Below, piece after piece: positions 11,790-24,435 of a stretch of 64,000 nt of DNA. The position numbers and the translations under genes were made by a program. The stretch comes from Macrostomum lignano (taxonomy: Eukaryota), in assembly GCA_002269645.1 (NCBI GenBank), contig NIVC01000110.1:806001-870000 (forward strand), written 5' to 3'. Numbering within the stretch: position 1 is the stretch's first letter; every line of letters starts with the position of its first letter. The notes under the pieces were generated by a model. It saw only the letters and a program-made list of their open reading frames with translations, did not search any database and had not been told where the DNA came from.

Positions 11790-14700
11790 TTACGGGTTGT
11801 AAGGAGATCGCAAAGCCGCTGATCGGTGCCAGGGCGAATGTCGACGCTCCAGACTCCGATGGCAACACGCCGTTGCACTACGCAGTTCGTAAAAGAAGAG
11901 CAGAGCTGGTTGCCATGCTGCTCAGAGCTGGAGCCAGGGTCGAACTGCTGAACAACTGGGGTGAAACTCCCCTGACAATGGCTGTTGTTTATATGAGAAC
12001 CCCGGACATCGTCAGCGAGCTGATTCGAGCTGGAGCTTCAGCCGATATGAGCAGCAATAACAATGAGGATTTGGTCAGCCATGCCATCAAGTGTCGGCAG
12101 CTGTCCATGGCTCGGATGCTGATTGACGCCTCTGCCGAAATAGATGAAAAAAAGAGCTTAGAGTGGTGTATGCTTGCCTTAATGGCTGGTTTCACAGAGG
12201 CGTTGCAGCTTCTGATCGATGCTGGTGTCAGGCTGGATCAGACAGGGCCGATGGGCCTCATGCTGTCGTTTTTTACCATGCTTCCAGGCAATGCCTCTGT
12301 CAGAAAGTTGCTGCTTGCTTCTGGAGCAGAAATGGCACCAGAAGAGTTAATGAGTTTTATTTCCGCATTCTGCTCAGCCCCAAGGCCACCCCGCCAAGCC
12401 GCAGCGCCGGCCGTCCGGTCAGCGGAGGAGCAGCGCCAGTTCAGCTCGCGGCTGTCCGAAGCCATGCAGGCCGCCGGGTTCAAGCAGGCCAACGCGGCAG
12501 TTCAGAGCGGCGCTGCGGCCGTGCTGCAGGACATCCTGAGAGACCTGATGGACGACAATGACATCTTCGTGTTCGGCAGCTTCGCAGACGGATGGGGCAG
12601 CAGCCTGGAGACTCTGAACGGGGAGATCAGTCCGGACTCCGACATTGACGTCACCTGCTTGGAGTCCGATAGACTTCTGTGCCTGGACTGCGGCTCTGCC
12701 GGCTGGACCACCTGCAGTGGCTGCGGCAGAGATGCGATCCGAGTGCAGTGCGAGAACGGACACGCCTACTATGAGCATGGCTGTGAGTAGCTCAGTGCTT
12801 TTATCAACTGAGCATGTGAGGGTATAAACCAGTGGCGTTCTGGGTGTGTGGGCTCTCTCTGGTTTAGCAGACAGTCGCTTTGAGCTCCAGCTTGTTTCGT
12901 GCGCTTTGACCCTGCTTTATGGGCTCTATTTTGAAGCGGGCAGTGGAGCCTACAGGACTGCGTCAGGTTTTGGCATTCACACAGACTACTGTCAGGGTGG
13001 TAGGTCTGAGACAGACAGAGACACTTTCCGCATTAGTTATTTGCCTTTCCCTGCTCTCTGCTCGTCAGCTGCACTGTGCAAAGTAAAGTAAAGGCATTTA
13101 GTGTGTCTGGATTACTATAGATAGTAGCTACAGAAATAACAGATAGAGAATCAATAGATTGGTGGCGTCGATCCGTAACAAGGTTTGATGCAAAAGAAGG
13201 GCTTTTGCTGGAATCAAGATGTATTGAAGTTGTTATTATTATGTCAGCATTGTTGCCTGCAGCAGCGTTTCTTAAGCAAAACACACCCTTTTACACATTC
13301 ACAGCCACGGGACCCAACTCGGCGTTCAGAAATGAGAAATCTTTGGCCCACCCTTGTGAATATCGATCAAATACTTGCCGTGCCCTGCTGCCGCTACTTC
13401 CGCATCGAGCTGCTGCAGCCCGGCTACTCAAACCGTAGAGGCCAGCCGTCCCAGATGTCTCAGCGCATCCTGAACCAGCTCAACCAGGAGGCCCTCGGCG
13501 ACTCTCCAATGTGCCACGCGGTCGCTGCGTCGCCTCCTCACAAACGGCCTGGCAGCTGCATGCGGGTGAGCACAACTCTGCTGGAGAGAGCCGTCATGCA
13601 CAGCCTCACCACCGTGCAGGGCCAGTTCTTCATCCTCGTCAAGTTCCTCATCAAGAAGGTGATCAGCATCGAGATGAAGGTGAGCGGTCTGAAGACGTAC
13701 ATGGCCAAGAACCTGCTGTTCTACATGCTTGACGAGACGCCGGAAGAAGAATGGAAGCCAGACAACTTGCTGCGACTCGTGCGGCAGTCGCTGCAGCTGC
13801 TGGTTGAGATGATGGAGAGCTCAGACTCCGATACAGTGTGCATGAATCACTTCTTCCTACGAGACGCCGACGTGTACTTCAAGAAGGGTCAGCAGCCGAA
13901 GAAGGACATTGTGGATGCGGTCAATCAGGTGATTGACGAGCTTCCTCGCTGGCTGCATCAATTCCAAGGACAGTTGAGAGAAAATGCGAGCAACTCTGTG
14001 CGGTTCCAGCCTTTCCAGCTGTTGATGAACTCCCATATCTTACACGTAAGTTACCCGCAGCAGTACTCAGGCTACAGCTCAATCTATGGCTTGGTGAGGC
14101 ATTGCCTGCTTAAACTCGACTCGGACCGGCGGGGTCAGTCGGAGTCCGAGCACCTGTCGGAGCTGCTGCAGCTGATCGGTGAGCTGCCAGACTGCGCCAG
14201 ATCAGCCAGAGAGAGCCTCAGGTTGATGGCGCATCTCAAAGTCGAGCACCGCTGGATGCGGCCGGTGCTGCAGCAGGACTGACGGGCCAGGAGAGCAGCG
14301 GCATCGAGTGTCCGGAGAGTCCTGGCGGAGGCAGCGAGCTGCTGTCGGTGGGCGAGGCGAAGGAGCTCGTGTGGCGGCACCTTGAGGAGACCGACTCCGC
14401 CACGGCTTTTTATTTTTCGTTTGAAGAGACACTAAATTTTGGATTCTTGCCAGATGCTTCAAAGCAATATTTTATTATCAGGTTCAATTTGAACAACCAG
14501 CCATTTTTTCTACCGGTGGACTTTGTCCAGTTGCGTGAGTTATTGGCTGGTCGGGAATCAGCTTCAGCTGAGACACAATTTAGTCCACAAATTGCTGCTC
14601 TTTTGAGGCTTTTGATATGTCTAAAATCATTGAAGACGGAGGTGGCGCAATCTATGCAGCTTTTTATCACTTTGCTTGTCCTTTATTGTCTATGGCCCAT

Positions 14701-15570
14701 AGACTAAGGCTGCACGCAGCCAGGCCCTTCGCAGTCAGCGTAGGCAGGATTCTCACTTTGGATGGCTTTATTCTCAGTTAGGCTGACAAAACCAATACTT
14801 CTCGATTTTAACATATTTTCAGATAGTTGCAAAGCCACAATTTCGGAGCCGAATAACGAAATTTTTTTCTGAAGAAATTTCTTATTGGTTTCGACAGATG
14901 CCAATCGTTCGGTCTGCAGTTGCGTCTAATCAGCGGATTCAGGAAATCCTGCAAGCCAGACTGCAGGCCAGCCTTCCGGTCATTCTTTGGGTGATCATCC
15001 TGATCAGCCAAACCGCATCTGCAGTTCTTGCAGTCAGATCAAGCTACGCGAACGTCATGTACTAATTATCTAAAATCGGTAATTCCAAGTATTAACAAAA
15101 TTTTGAAAATATGAAAAAAAATTTGTTAATATTTTCGGTGTCTCAATGAAGCACAGTCCAGCATATTTCGAGGCAACATTTCAAAAGGGAAACCTCATCT
15201 ATTTCAGTTGATTGATGAAAACTTCTGTCGAGATGCGCTGCTTCCGGCTCTGGATGAAGCTGAAAGTCTGCAATCCGAGGCTGAGCCTGGCGAGATGCAG
15301 CAGCTCCCTGGGCTGCAGGAGGAGCCGCTGGATGAAGCTGAGAGTCTGCAATCCGAGACTGAGCCTGGCGAGATGCAGCAGCTCCCTAGGCTGCAGGAGG
15401 AGCCGCTGGATGAAGCTGAGAGTCTGCAATCCGAGACTGAGCCTGGCGAGATGCAGCAGCTCCCTGGGCTGCAGGAGGAGCCGCTGGATGAAGCTGAGAG
15501 TCTGCAATCGGAGGCTGAGCCTGGCGAGATGCAGCAGCTCCCTGGGCTGCAGGAGGAGCCGCTGGATTGA
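11790..15570 (+). pseudogene. ANK-cGLR copy 2, 5'-truncated and frameshifted
   Basis: Homology to copy 1 starts mid-ANK at ~11790. Same donor (12782|GTGAGT) and acceptor (CACAG|13305), but exon 2 reaches VNID out of frame (49 nt versus 60-63 nt in the paralogs). 1-nt deletion near 14243 (GTCGAGC versus GTCGGAGC), stop at 14707, exon-3 acceptor at 15208. Confidence 0.8.
15250..15567 (+). repeat. 78-bp tandem repeat x4 in the terminal exon of copy 2 (LDEAESLQSEAEPGEMQQLPGLQEEP)
   Basis: Four units starting at 15250, read directly. Confidence 0.9.
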
Positions 15571-16424
15571 GTTTCATTTTCTCTTCAGCCTGTCAGCTCG
15601 CAGCGGCAAGATGAATTTCTGCCCTATCGGTAATCAGATTGTCAGCCGAGTTTGACCACTGCAGTGTGCGGAATTGTTTTGTTACCTTTGGAGCTGAGGT
15701 GCCTTACTGAGAGCGGCTGAGGCATCACCTTGCTCTACTCTCATGCCTGCCTCTCACTCTACGTCTCATTAAACTTTTACTGTTTCTCATATAGATTTCC
15801 CTTCAAATCTTCTTAATGTACAATTGGGAAATCTACTGTTGTAATGTACTTTCTGCAGTCCCTCCCCCACACAATGGGGCGTGAAGATTTACTATCGCTA
15901 CCCTCGTAGTATGCCATATTATACACATTGGACTGTGTGTCAGTTATCGCATGAAATGATTATTTTGTCAATCTCTCAGTTTTTCGTGAGATACCTGTTC
16001 AGAAGTGTGACAATTTTATATACATACTGAATCAATTAGGTATTGTAAAATTGATATTATTATTATATCAGTATTTTCAGACATTATTTATAATTTTCTA
16101 ACGCGAACATTGATTGAGTTTCATTGGTTTGTCAGCAATTAAACACCAACAAGAGACAACTTTTCTAGCCTAATAAACTTTATTTAACCTCGTAGCTAAA
16201 TGTAAACTATTGATACAAAATACAATGTTTATTATGCATCACGAGTAAATTGTTTTCAAGCACTCATTCCTCACTGTCAGTTCTAAGAAAATAAAATGGA
16301 CTCTTTGATTGCGGGCACATCGGTGATATGGGCCGATCGCACAAGCCAGTCTCACCGCCATCAGGGTGAGGCGTGGCAGCCACAACTAACTGGACAGCTG
16401 CAGGCGGCATATCACAGTTTCCAG

Positions 16425-19400
16425 TTCTTGGTGGGCGTCCCTGTCTCTTGGTGTGCGCCCCTGTCTCTTGGTGGGTGTCCCTGTCTCTTGGTGGGCGCCC
16501 CTGTCTCTTGGTGGGTGCCACTGTCTCTTGGTGGGCGTCCCTGTCTCTTGGTGGGCGCCCCTGTCTCTTGGTGGGTGCCACTCTCTCTTAGTGGGCGTCC
16601 CTGTCTTTCGGTGGTTGCCCCTGTCTCTTGGTGGGTGCCACTCTCTCTTGGTGGGCGTCCCTGTCTCTTGGTGGGCGCCCCTGTCTCTTGGTGGGTGCCC
16701 CTGTCTCTTGGTGGGTGCCCCTGTCTCTTGGTGGGCGCCACTGTCTCTTGGTGGGCGCCCCTGACTCTTGGTGGGCGCCCCTGTCTCTTGGTGGGCGCCC
16801 CTGTTTCTTGGTGGGTGCCCCTGTCTCTTGGTGTGCGCCCCTGTCTCTTGGTGGGTGCCACTCTCTCTTGGTGTGCGCCCCTGTCTCTTGGTGGGTGCCC
16901 CTGTCTCTTGGTGGGTGCCACTCTCTCTTGGTGGGCGTCCCTGTCTCTTGGTGGGCGCCCCTGTCTCTTGGTGGGTGCCCCTGTCTCTTGGTGGGTGCCC
17001 CTGTCTCTTGGTGGGCGCCCCTGTCTCTTGGTGGGCGCCCCTGACTCTTGGTGGGCGCCCCTGTCTCTTGGTGGGCGCCCCTGTTTCTTGGTGGGTGCCC
17101 CTGTCTCTTGGTGTGCGCCCCTGTCTCTTGGTGGGTGCCACTCTCTCTTGGTGTGCGCCCCTGTCTCTTGGTGGGTGCCCCTGTCTCTTGGTGGGTGCCA
17201 CTCTCTCTTGGTGGGCGTCCCTGTCTCTTGGTGGGCGCCCCTGTCTCTTGGTGGGTGCCCCTGTCTCTTGGTGGGTGCCCCTGTCTCTTGGTGGGCGCCA
17301 CTGTCTCTTGGTGGGCGCCCCTGACTCTTGGTGGGCGCCCCTGTCTCTTGGTGGGCGCCCCTGTCTCTTGGTGGGTGCCCCTGTCTCTTGGTGTGCGCCC
17401 CTGTCTCTTGGTGGGTGCCCCTGTCTCTTGGTGGGTGCCCCTGTCTCTTGGTGGGCGCCACTGTCTCTTGGTGGGCGCCCCTGTCTCTTGGTGGGTGCCA
17501 CTCTCTCTTAGTGGGCGTCCCTGTCTTTCGGTGGTTGCCCCTGTCTCTTGGTGGGTGCCACTCTCTCTTGGTGGGCGTCCCTGTCTCTTGGTGGGCGCCC
17601 CTGTCTCTTGGTGGGTGCCCCTGTCTCTTGGTGGGTGCCCCTGTCTCTTGGTGGGCGCCACTGTCTCTTGGTGGGCGCCCCTGACTCTTGGTGGGCGCCC
17701 CTGTCTCTTGGTGGGCGCCCCTGTCTCTTGGTGGGTGCCCCTGTCTCTTGGTGTGCGCCCCTGTCTCTTGGTGGGTGCCACTCTCTCTTGGTGTGCGCCC
17801 CTGTCTCTTGGTGGGTGCCCCTGTCTCTTGGTGGGTGCCACTCTCTCTTGGTGGGCGTCCCTGCCTCTTGGTGGGCGCCCCTGACTCTTGGTGGGCGCCC
17901 CTGTCTCTTGGTGGGCGCCCCTGTCTCTTGGTGGGTGCCCCTGTCTCTTGGTGTGCGCCCCTGTCTCTTGGTGGGTGCCACTCTCTCTTGGTGGGCGTCC
18001 CTGTCTCTTGGTGGGCGCCCCTGTCTCTTGGTGGGCGCCCCTGTCTCTTGGTGGGTGCCCCTGTCTCTTGGTGGGTGCCCCTGTCTCTTGGTGGGCGCCA
18101 CTGTCTCTTGGTGGGCGCCCCTGACTCTTGGTGGGCGCCCCTGTCTCTTGGTGGGTGCCCCTGTCTCTTGGTGGGTGCCACTCTCTCTTGGTGTGCGCCC
18201 CTGTCTCTTGGTGGGTGCCCCTGTCTCTTGGTGGGTGCCACTCTCTCTTGGTGGGCGTCCCTGTCTCTTGGTGGGCGCCCCTGTCTCTTGGTGGGCGCCC
18301 CTGTCTCTTGGTGGGCGCCACTGTCTCTTGGTGGGCGCCCCTGACTCTTGGTGGGCGCCCCTGTCTCTTGGTGGGTGCCACTCTCTCTTAGTGGGCGTCC
18401 CTGTCTTTCGGTGGTTGCCCCTGTCTCTTGGTGGGTGCCACTCTCTCTTGGTGGGCGTCCCTGTCTCTTGGTGGGCGCCCCTGTCTCTTGGTGGGTGCCC
18501 CTGTCTCTTGGTGGGTGCCCCTGTCTCTTGGTGGGCGCCACTCTCTCTTGGTGGGCGCCCCTGACTCTTGGTGGGCGCCCCTGTCTCTTGGTGGGCGCCC
18601 CTGTCTCTTGGTGGGTGCCCCTGTCTCTTGGTGTGCGCCCCTGTCTCTTGGTGGGTGCCCCTGTCTCTTGGTGTGCGCCCCTGTCTCTTGGTGGGTGCCC
18701 CTGTCTCTTGGTGGGTGCCACTCTCTCTTGGTGTGCGCCCCTGTCTCTTGGTGGGTGCCCCTGTCTCTTGGTGGGCGTCCCTGTCTCTTGGTGGGCGTCC
18801 CTGTCTCTTGGTGGGCGCCCCTGTCTCTTGGTGGGCGCCCCTGTCTCTTGGTGGGCGCCACTGTCTCTTGGTGGGCGCCCCTGACTCTTGGTGGGCGCCC
18901 CTGTCTCTTGGTGGGTGCCACTCTCTCTTAGTGGGCGTCCCTGTCTTTCGGTGGTTGCCCCTGTCTCTTGGTGGGTGCCACTCTCTCTTGGTGGGCGTCC
19001 CTGTCTCTTGGTGGGCGCCCCTGTCTCTTGGTGGGTGCCCCTGTCTCTTGGTGGGTGCCCCTGTCTCTTGGTGGGCGCCACTCTCTCTTGGTGGGCGCCC
19101 CTGACTCTTGGTGGGCGCCCCTGTCTCTTGGTGGGCGCCCCTGTCTCTTGGTGGGTGCCCCTGTCTCTTGGTGTGCGCCCCTGTCTCTTGGTGGGTGCCA
19201 CTCTCTCTTGGTGTGCGCCCCTGTCTCTTGGTGGGTGCCCCTGTCTCTTGGTGGGTGCCACTCTCTCTTGGTGGGCGTCCCTGTCTCTTGGTGGGCGCCC
19301 CTGACTCTTGGTGGGCGCCCCTGTCTCTTGGTGGGCGCCCCTGTCTCTTGGTGGGTGCCCCTGTCTCTTGTTGTGCCCCCCTGTCTCTTGGTGGGCGCCA

Positions 19401-19500
19401 CTGTCTCTTGGTGTGCGCCCCTGTCTCTTGGTGGGCGCCCCTGTCTCTTGGTGGGTGCCCCTGTCTCTTAGTTGGCGCCCCTGTCTCTTGGTGAGCGCCC
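16425..19500. repeat. 20-bp GC-rich minisatellite (CTGTCTCTTGGTGGGCGCCC variants), ~150 copies
   Basis: Tandem array with recurring variant units; an inverted shorter copy lies at 49392-49847. Confidence 0.95.
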
Positions 19501-20225
19501 GCCCCTCTCTAGTTTAAAGTACGCAAAGCCAATTGTTTGGTTCGAAATAGGTCAAAATAATTAGATGAGAACACCTCATCAAGTTCACTCTTCCAAGGAT
19601 CTACGGATTACAGACACCCACCAACCGTCTTGGTGGGTGGGGGTCGACTGACTAAAAGTAGAAATGCATTTTCACAATCTGACTCTCAATCTTCGGCCTT
19701 TCCTGCCTTCTCTCCCAACTCCCGGCAATTTTTCCATCTGCTGTCACTCGTAAGAAAGTACGAGTATTTAACTTCTAACTAGACTTTAAGTATTTGAGGT
19801 CTGGCTCATATCGAGATTCGGTTGTTAATGTTTATTTGCATTAACCAGTGCTTGGTATATTAATTTGAATTACTAGTCTGAATTTACCGAGTTAAGTACG
19901 AGTATATGGATCCAGACCTTATCCATTCGCTAATATTATCAGCAATCTGTGATGAATTGAACTCTCTATCTGGAATTGTTTTCACTCTTGTTAATCATTT
20001 ACTTGTATCAGTTCTTCGTCACCAGCCGCTGCGGCTATTGGGGAAAGTCTGGTACCACAAGGTCAGCTTCAAATTCTCAAATCGCACCGAGTAGGTTTGT
20101 TTAGACCCAAAAGCCAACTATTTGTCATATCGCAAGTATTACATGTTCCAAAGGGGCTGGTGTTGCTGGTGGAGCCACCTGCTGGCTGATATGGCGGGTG
20201 ATTTGCGGCCTTAGGCACTGGGTAG

Positions 20226-20534
20226 CTGTCCAATTGCAACACTTAGGAAGGCTATATTTAGCAACAGGAGGGCAGTGAAAGTTTTGAACGGTCGTAAAAT
20301 GTAGGATGAGAGAGACCAGGCTATATTTAAAGGTAATAAAACTGGACCTCTTCGTGCGCCACGCGCACAGAGATGTCTAAAATATCGATCGTTAAACTAT
20401 CATACGAAACGCTTTAAGTAAGCACAAAGCAAGCAAAATTAAAACGGCCCGATTGGGGGCCATCAAACGCAAAATACATAGAGTAAATAGGAATTGATTC
20501 GAACATTGTCAGTTTATGTGGATAAATCTGACAG
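20226..20534. mobile_element. 309-bp insertion, unclassified non-autonomous element
   Basis: Absent from paralogous spacers (GGGTAGCCTCTCC at ~596 and, inverted, ~48590). Ends are CTGTC...GACAG, flanked by TAG on both sides. Confidence 0.55.
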
Positions 20535-21057
20535 TAGCCTCTCCAGACTGTGGTTGTCATCTGGGTTGCTGCTGTCCTTGGCAGGAGAATCTGCGGGCTC
20601 GTTACTCAGGATAATGCTGTGACCTGGTGTCCAGGTGATTCCGATCCCTGTAAAGGACTGAGAGAGATTACAAACTGCGGCAGCATTGATATCTAATTGC
20701 GATGGAAATATTAACGGTTGGTTGAGGCCTTGATAGCGACTTGGCTATCAGTGTAAAAATGCATATTGAAATGTCTGGGCACACAGCTGAAGGTTTCGGC
20801 TTGAAAAAACCGAGGTGTTTTCGAGGAGCTGCAGTCTTTCCTGAAGCAAAATCATTTTGCCCTCGTGAAAGTCATTTTAGCTGCAGTTAAACAGCGAGCC
20901 GTCGGTGAAGCAGTGAATGCCCTGGCTGCGCCGGTTCACACCGAAATCTAGTGGGGTGCCGTCTCGACCAGGGATGGCGGGCTGGAATATTGATATTCAT
21001 ATTGAGAATGGAGAGACGGCTATTCATATCGACTGGGTGGATGTGGACGGTGATAAG

Positions 21058-21252
21058 TGTTGTACTCTGCCCCCCCCCTTTCTCGGCACGTTGATTTTAA
21101 CTCCTGTGTACATTGCATCATAGATGTACACTTACTCTAGAGCAATCGATTACAGAGCTTTGAGCTCAAATATATAATAGCACCCCACGCCCAAGTCGGG
21201 GCCGTAAGCTTTTGGTTCATCTAAACTTCTGTCTCTCGCGTCAGTCACTACA
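21058..21252 (+). repeat. 5' LTR (195 bp)
   Basis: Direct repeat of 44353-44547. Confidence 0.97.
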
Positions 21253-21272
21253 CTGGCGTCGCAAGCTAAGCT

Positions 21273-23481
21273 ATGTCTACTGAAAACAGTGGCCAGACAC
21301 GCAACGTTGTTCAACTGCAACTGCCTCCACCTGAGCCATTCAACGTCAACCAAGAAGCATACGCACTGTCATCACGGTGGGAAGATTGGTCGTCGCGCTT
21401 TCTGTGCTTCATCCACGCCTCCGGAGTCAAGGATCCGGCCCAGCAGAGACAAGTCCTGCTCTACACAGGTGGGAGGGAGCTGGCCGAGCTATACAAACAG
21501 CTGACCAACAGCGGAAACACCGTCGAAGAACTCATCAAGGCTTTCAAGGACCACTTTACAGGCCGCAGGTGCGTGGTGTTCTCAAGATACGAGTTCCGAA
21601 ACTGCACGCAGCAACCAGGCCAGAGCATCGACGCATGGGTCAGTCAGCTATACAAGGCCGCGGAAAGCTGCGACTTCGACAATTTGCGCGACTCCCTCAT
21701 CCGCGACCAGATTGTCGCCGGATGCAACACCGAGCAACTCAGAAGACGGCTACTGCAGACCGCCAACATCAACTTGCAGGATGCACTGCAGCTGTGCCGA
21801 GCCTTCGAAGCCGCTAGCTACCAGTCAGCGGCCATGGAGTCACGCCGCGACGAGACAGTCAACTCAATGAGGCGCACCAGAGGTGAGCAACAAGACGGAC
21901 CATCGTACAACCCTGGCAGCAAGTCCAAGTGCTACCGATGCGGAGAAACCGGGCACCGTAGCTGCGACGTGGCCAAAGGCAAAACATGCAACATCTGTAA
22001 AAAGGTGGGCCACCTGGCGAAGGCCTGTATGTCTAAGGGCAACTCCAGAGACCGCGTGCACACCATTGGCGGTCAGCATCAACACCCGGAAGAATCCAGC
22101 AAGTCACCAAGCGACGAAGGGGAGGTCTTCTGCCTGACTGCGAACAATCTGCCGCTGATGAGCATCTCTATCAACGGTAAGCGGGTCGAGGCGCTCATCG
22201 ATAGTGGCGCCAGCTGCAATGTCATCGACCAGGCGACTTTTCAAGATCTCAAAACAGCCAAAACGCCACTGCTTCGATCAGTACGGCAGCTGTACCCGTT
22301 CGGCTCGAAGACACCACTGGCGACCGCCGGCAGAGCTGAGCTCCTTGTCAAAATCAGCGGTCTCGAGGAAGTAGTGGACTTCACAGTAGTGCAAGACCCG
22401 GGCGTCACCATTCTCGGAAGGGCAACGAGCGAGAAGTTCAGAGTACTACGAGTGGGTCCGGCGCCGGAAACTCGCATCAACAGCATCGGGAGTGCCGACA
22501 AGGCAAAGGCAATGGAGTCCTCGAGTCCGGAGGCCAACTCAGCTAACCTTCCAGCAAACCTCCAGCTTGATAACATCCTCAAAAAGCACCGGGCGCTCTT
22601 CCAAGGAGTTGGCTGCGTCAAGGACGTCGAAGTGAGCATCCGACTCAAGGACAACGCTATCCCAGTGTGCCACCCGCCTAGCCGAGTGCCAATCCACCTA
22701 CGAGACGCAGCCATCAAAGAGCTCGACGCCCAGCTCAGCGAAGGCATCATCGAGCGAGTATCTGAGCCTTCCGAATGGGTCGCTAGAATGGTAGTGGTAC
22801 CAAAAAGCACTCCGAACCAGGTGCGAATCACCCAAGACCTTCGAGACCTCAATCAATACGTAGTGCCGGAGAAGCAGCCGATTCCGACCTTTGAAGAGGT
22901 CACAGACGAAATGGCCGGTTCACACTTCTTCTCGGAGCTAGACATCAATAAAGCCTTTCACCAAATCAAGGTCGATCAGGAGTCACGCAAGTTTCTGACC
23001 TTCTCGACACCACTGGGCTTAATGAGGCTCACGCGCCTCTGTATGGGTTTCACGTCGGCTTCAGAAATTCTACAGCGTGTGATGTCTACAGTACTCAGCG
23101 GCCTGCCAGGAGTGAGATGGGTGCACGACGACATCACTGTGTATGCCCGGGACATCCAGGAGCACAACAGTCGCCTAGCCAGCTGCCTTCAGCGTCTTCA
23201 GGGACACGGCCTGACTCTCAACCCGTCCAAGTGCAAATTTGCGGTGCCGGAGGTCAACTTCCTGGCCATGCGACTGTCGGCAAAAGGGATCCAGCCAGCT
23301 GAAGCCAAGGTGTCGGCGATCAAAAGCTTCAAAGAGCCAACGAACGCCTCGGAAGTCCGCTCCTTCCTCGGTCTGGTTACGTTTGTCAGTCGCTTCATGC
23401 CAGGCCTGGCGGACATGACGAAGCCGTTGCGGGACCTGACCAAGAAGAGTGCAAGCTGGCAGTGGGGCGAGCAGCAGGCCA
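21273..23481 (+). CDS. Gypsy gag-pol, 5' part (Gag with two CCHC knuckles, aspartic protease, reverse transcriptase)
   Basis: CYRCGETGH and CNICKKVGH knuckles, LIDSGAS protease, RT core ELDINKAFHQI and WVHDDI. Cut at the Polinton TSD. Confidence 0.95.
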
Positions 23482-23732
23482 AGTAGAAGGCATGAGGGGG
23501 CTTCTGGGACAAAATTTTTCACGTCCTCCATAATCCACCTAAATCCATCCATATTATCCCCGACAGAATCAGAAAAAAGGGGGGTCGCACTTGCTCCAAA
23601 AACTTCGAACGTAATCCCATTAAATCCATCCATATTATCCCCGACAGAATCAGAAAAAAAGGGGGGGTCGCACTCGCTCACAAAACGTCCTCCATAATCC
23701 CATTAAATCCATCCATTTTATCCCTGACAGAA

Positions 23733-23768
23733 TCAGAGCATAACAGGTGTCCTACTGTTATGCTCTGA
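23733..23768. other. loxP/FRT-like palindromic site (14-bp arm, 8-bp spacer, 14-bp arm)
   Basis: TCAGAGCATAACAG-GTGTCCTA-CTGTTATGCTCTGA; a second site at 42090-42122 has the same spacer on the same strand. Function is inferred only. Confidence 0.5.
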
Positions 23769-23947
23769 GGGTTTATGCTCTGAGCATAACAGCTCCAAAT
23801 CCACCCATAGCATCTTCGAAACAATCAGAAAATAATCTGCATTCTTCTTCCCACATTCAATTTGCAATTCGCAACGCATCCCAAACACTTTAAATCCCCT
23901 AACCCAGGGTCCTTACCCTTTGAAAAAAATCTAAATTCTCAATAAAA

Positions 23948-24187
23948 ATGTTTCCAGTTGTCTCTCCAGGTTCTTATTATACTCAGCCTAATCCATTGTA
24001 CAAATCCAAGTACCGATGCAAACTAGAATGCAGCGAGTACATGAGAAAATATTGGCCCAGAGTTGATATCAATGTCCCTAATATTAATCTAGCTCTCCAA
24101 AGACATTGGTTTCATAAGTATGGAGTAACCTATGTAAAAGATTATGACAGCTACTATAACTTTGCAGAAATCATTAGGCAATTGTAG
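23948..24187 (+). CDS. 79-aa TIR-encoded protein, left copy, unknown function
   Basis: AAAAATG start context; same length and open frame retained in the diverged right-TIR copy. Confidence 0.55.
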   Translation: MFPVVSPGSYYTQPNPLYKSKYRCKLECSEYMRKYWPRVDINVPNINLALQRHWFHKYGVTYVKDYDSYYNFAEIIRQL

Positions 24188-24352
24188 TTGCCAACTACGA
24201 GGTTGTACCTTGTAGAGTGTAGACGTAAGTTCTAAAAATAAAACCCATGCCATGTGTTCCACACATGCTTTCCAATCTCTTTCCGCTTTGGCAACCCCAA
24301 TCAACCATTAATAGAAAATCATACCTATAAATAGAAAATCTGCAGGTTCCCC

Positions 24353-24435
24353 TTCTAGAATTCGAATTCTAGAATATTCTAGAACAAAAAGAGAATCCGT
24401 GGATTCTCGAGCCCACACCAATGGTATATATACAG
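24353..24435 (+). promoter_or_regulatory. Heat-shock element cluster plus TATA box upstream of the 273-aa ORF
   Basis: TTCtaGAAtaTTCtaGAA at 24367-24384 matches the HSF nGAAn inverted-array consensus; an extra TTCtaGAA at 24353; TATATATA at ~24425; ATG at 24564. Confidence 0.6.

Larger units (their letters stand above)
23482..24187 (+). repeat. Left terminal inverted repeat of the Polinton (imperfect, with internal ~85-bp subrepeats)
   Basis: Reverse complement of 41689-42398; near-identical over the outer ~75 bp and more diverged inside. Confidence 0.85.

Noticed and set aside
11047-11822. VTCVLDSS / TLLSNTQV repeat ORFs
   Set aside because: Frames of the 24-bp minisatellite.
16264-19517. 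Many long ORFs (up to 949 aa) on both strands
   Set aside because: All are translations of the stop-free 20-bp minisatellite in several frames; no coding signal.
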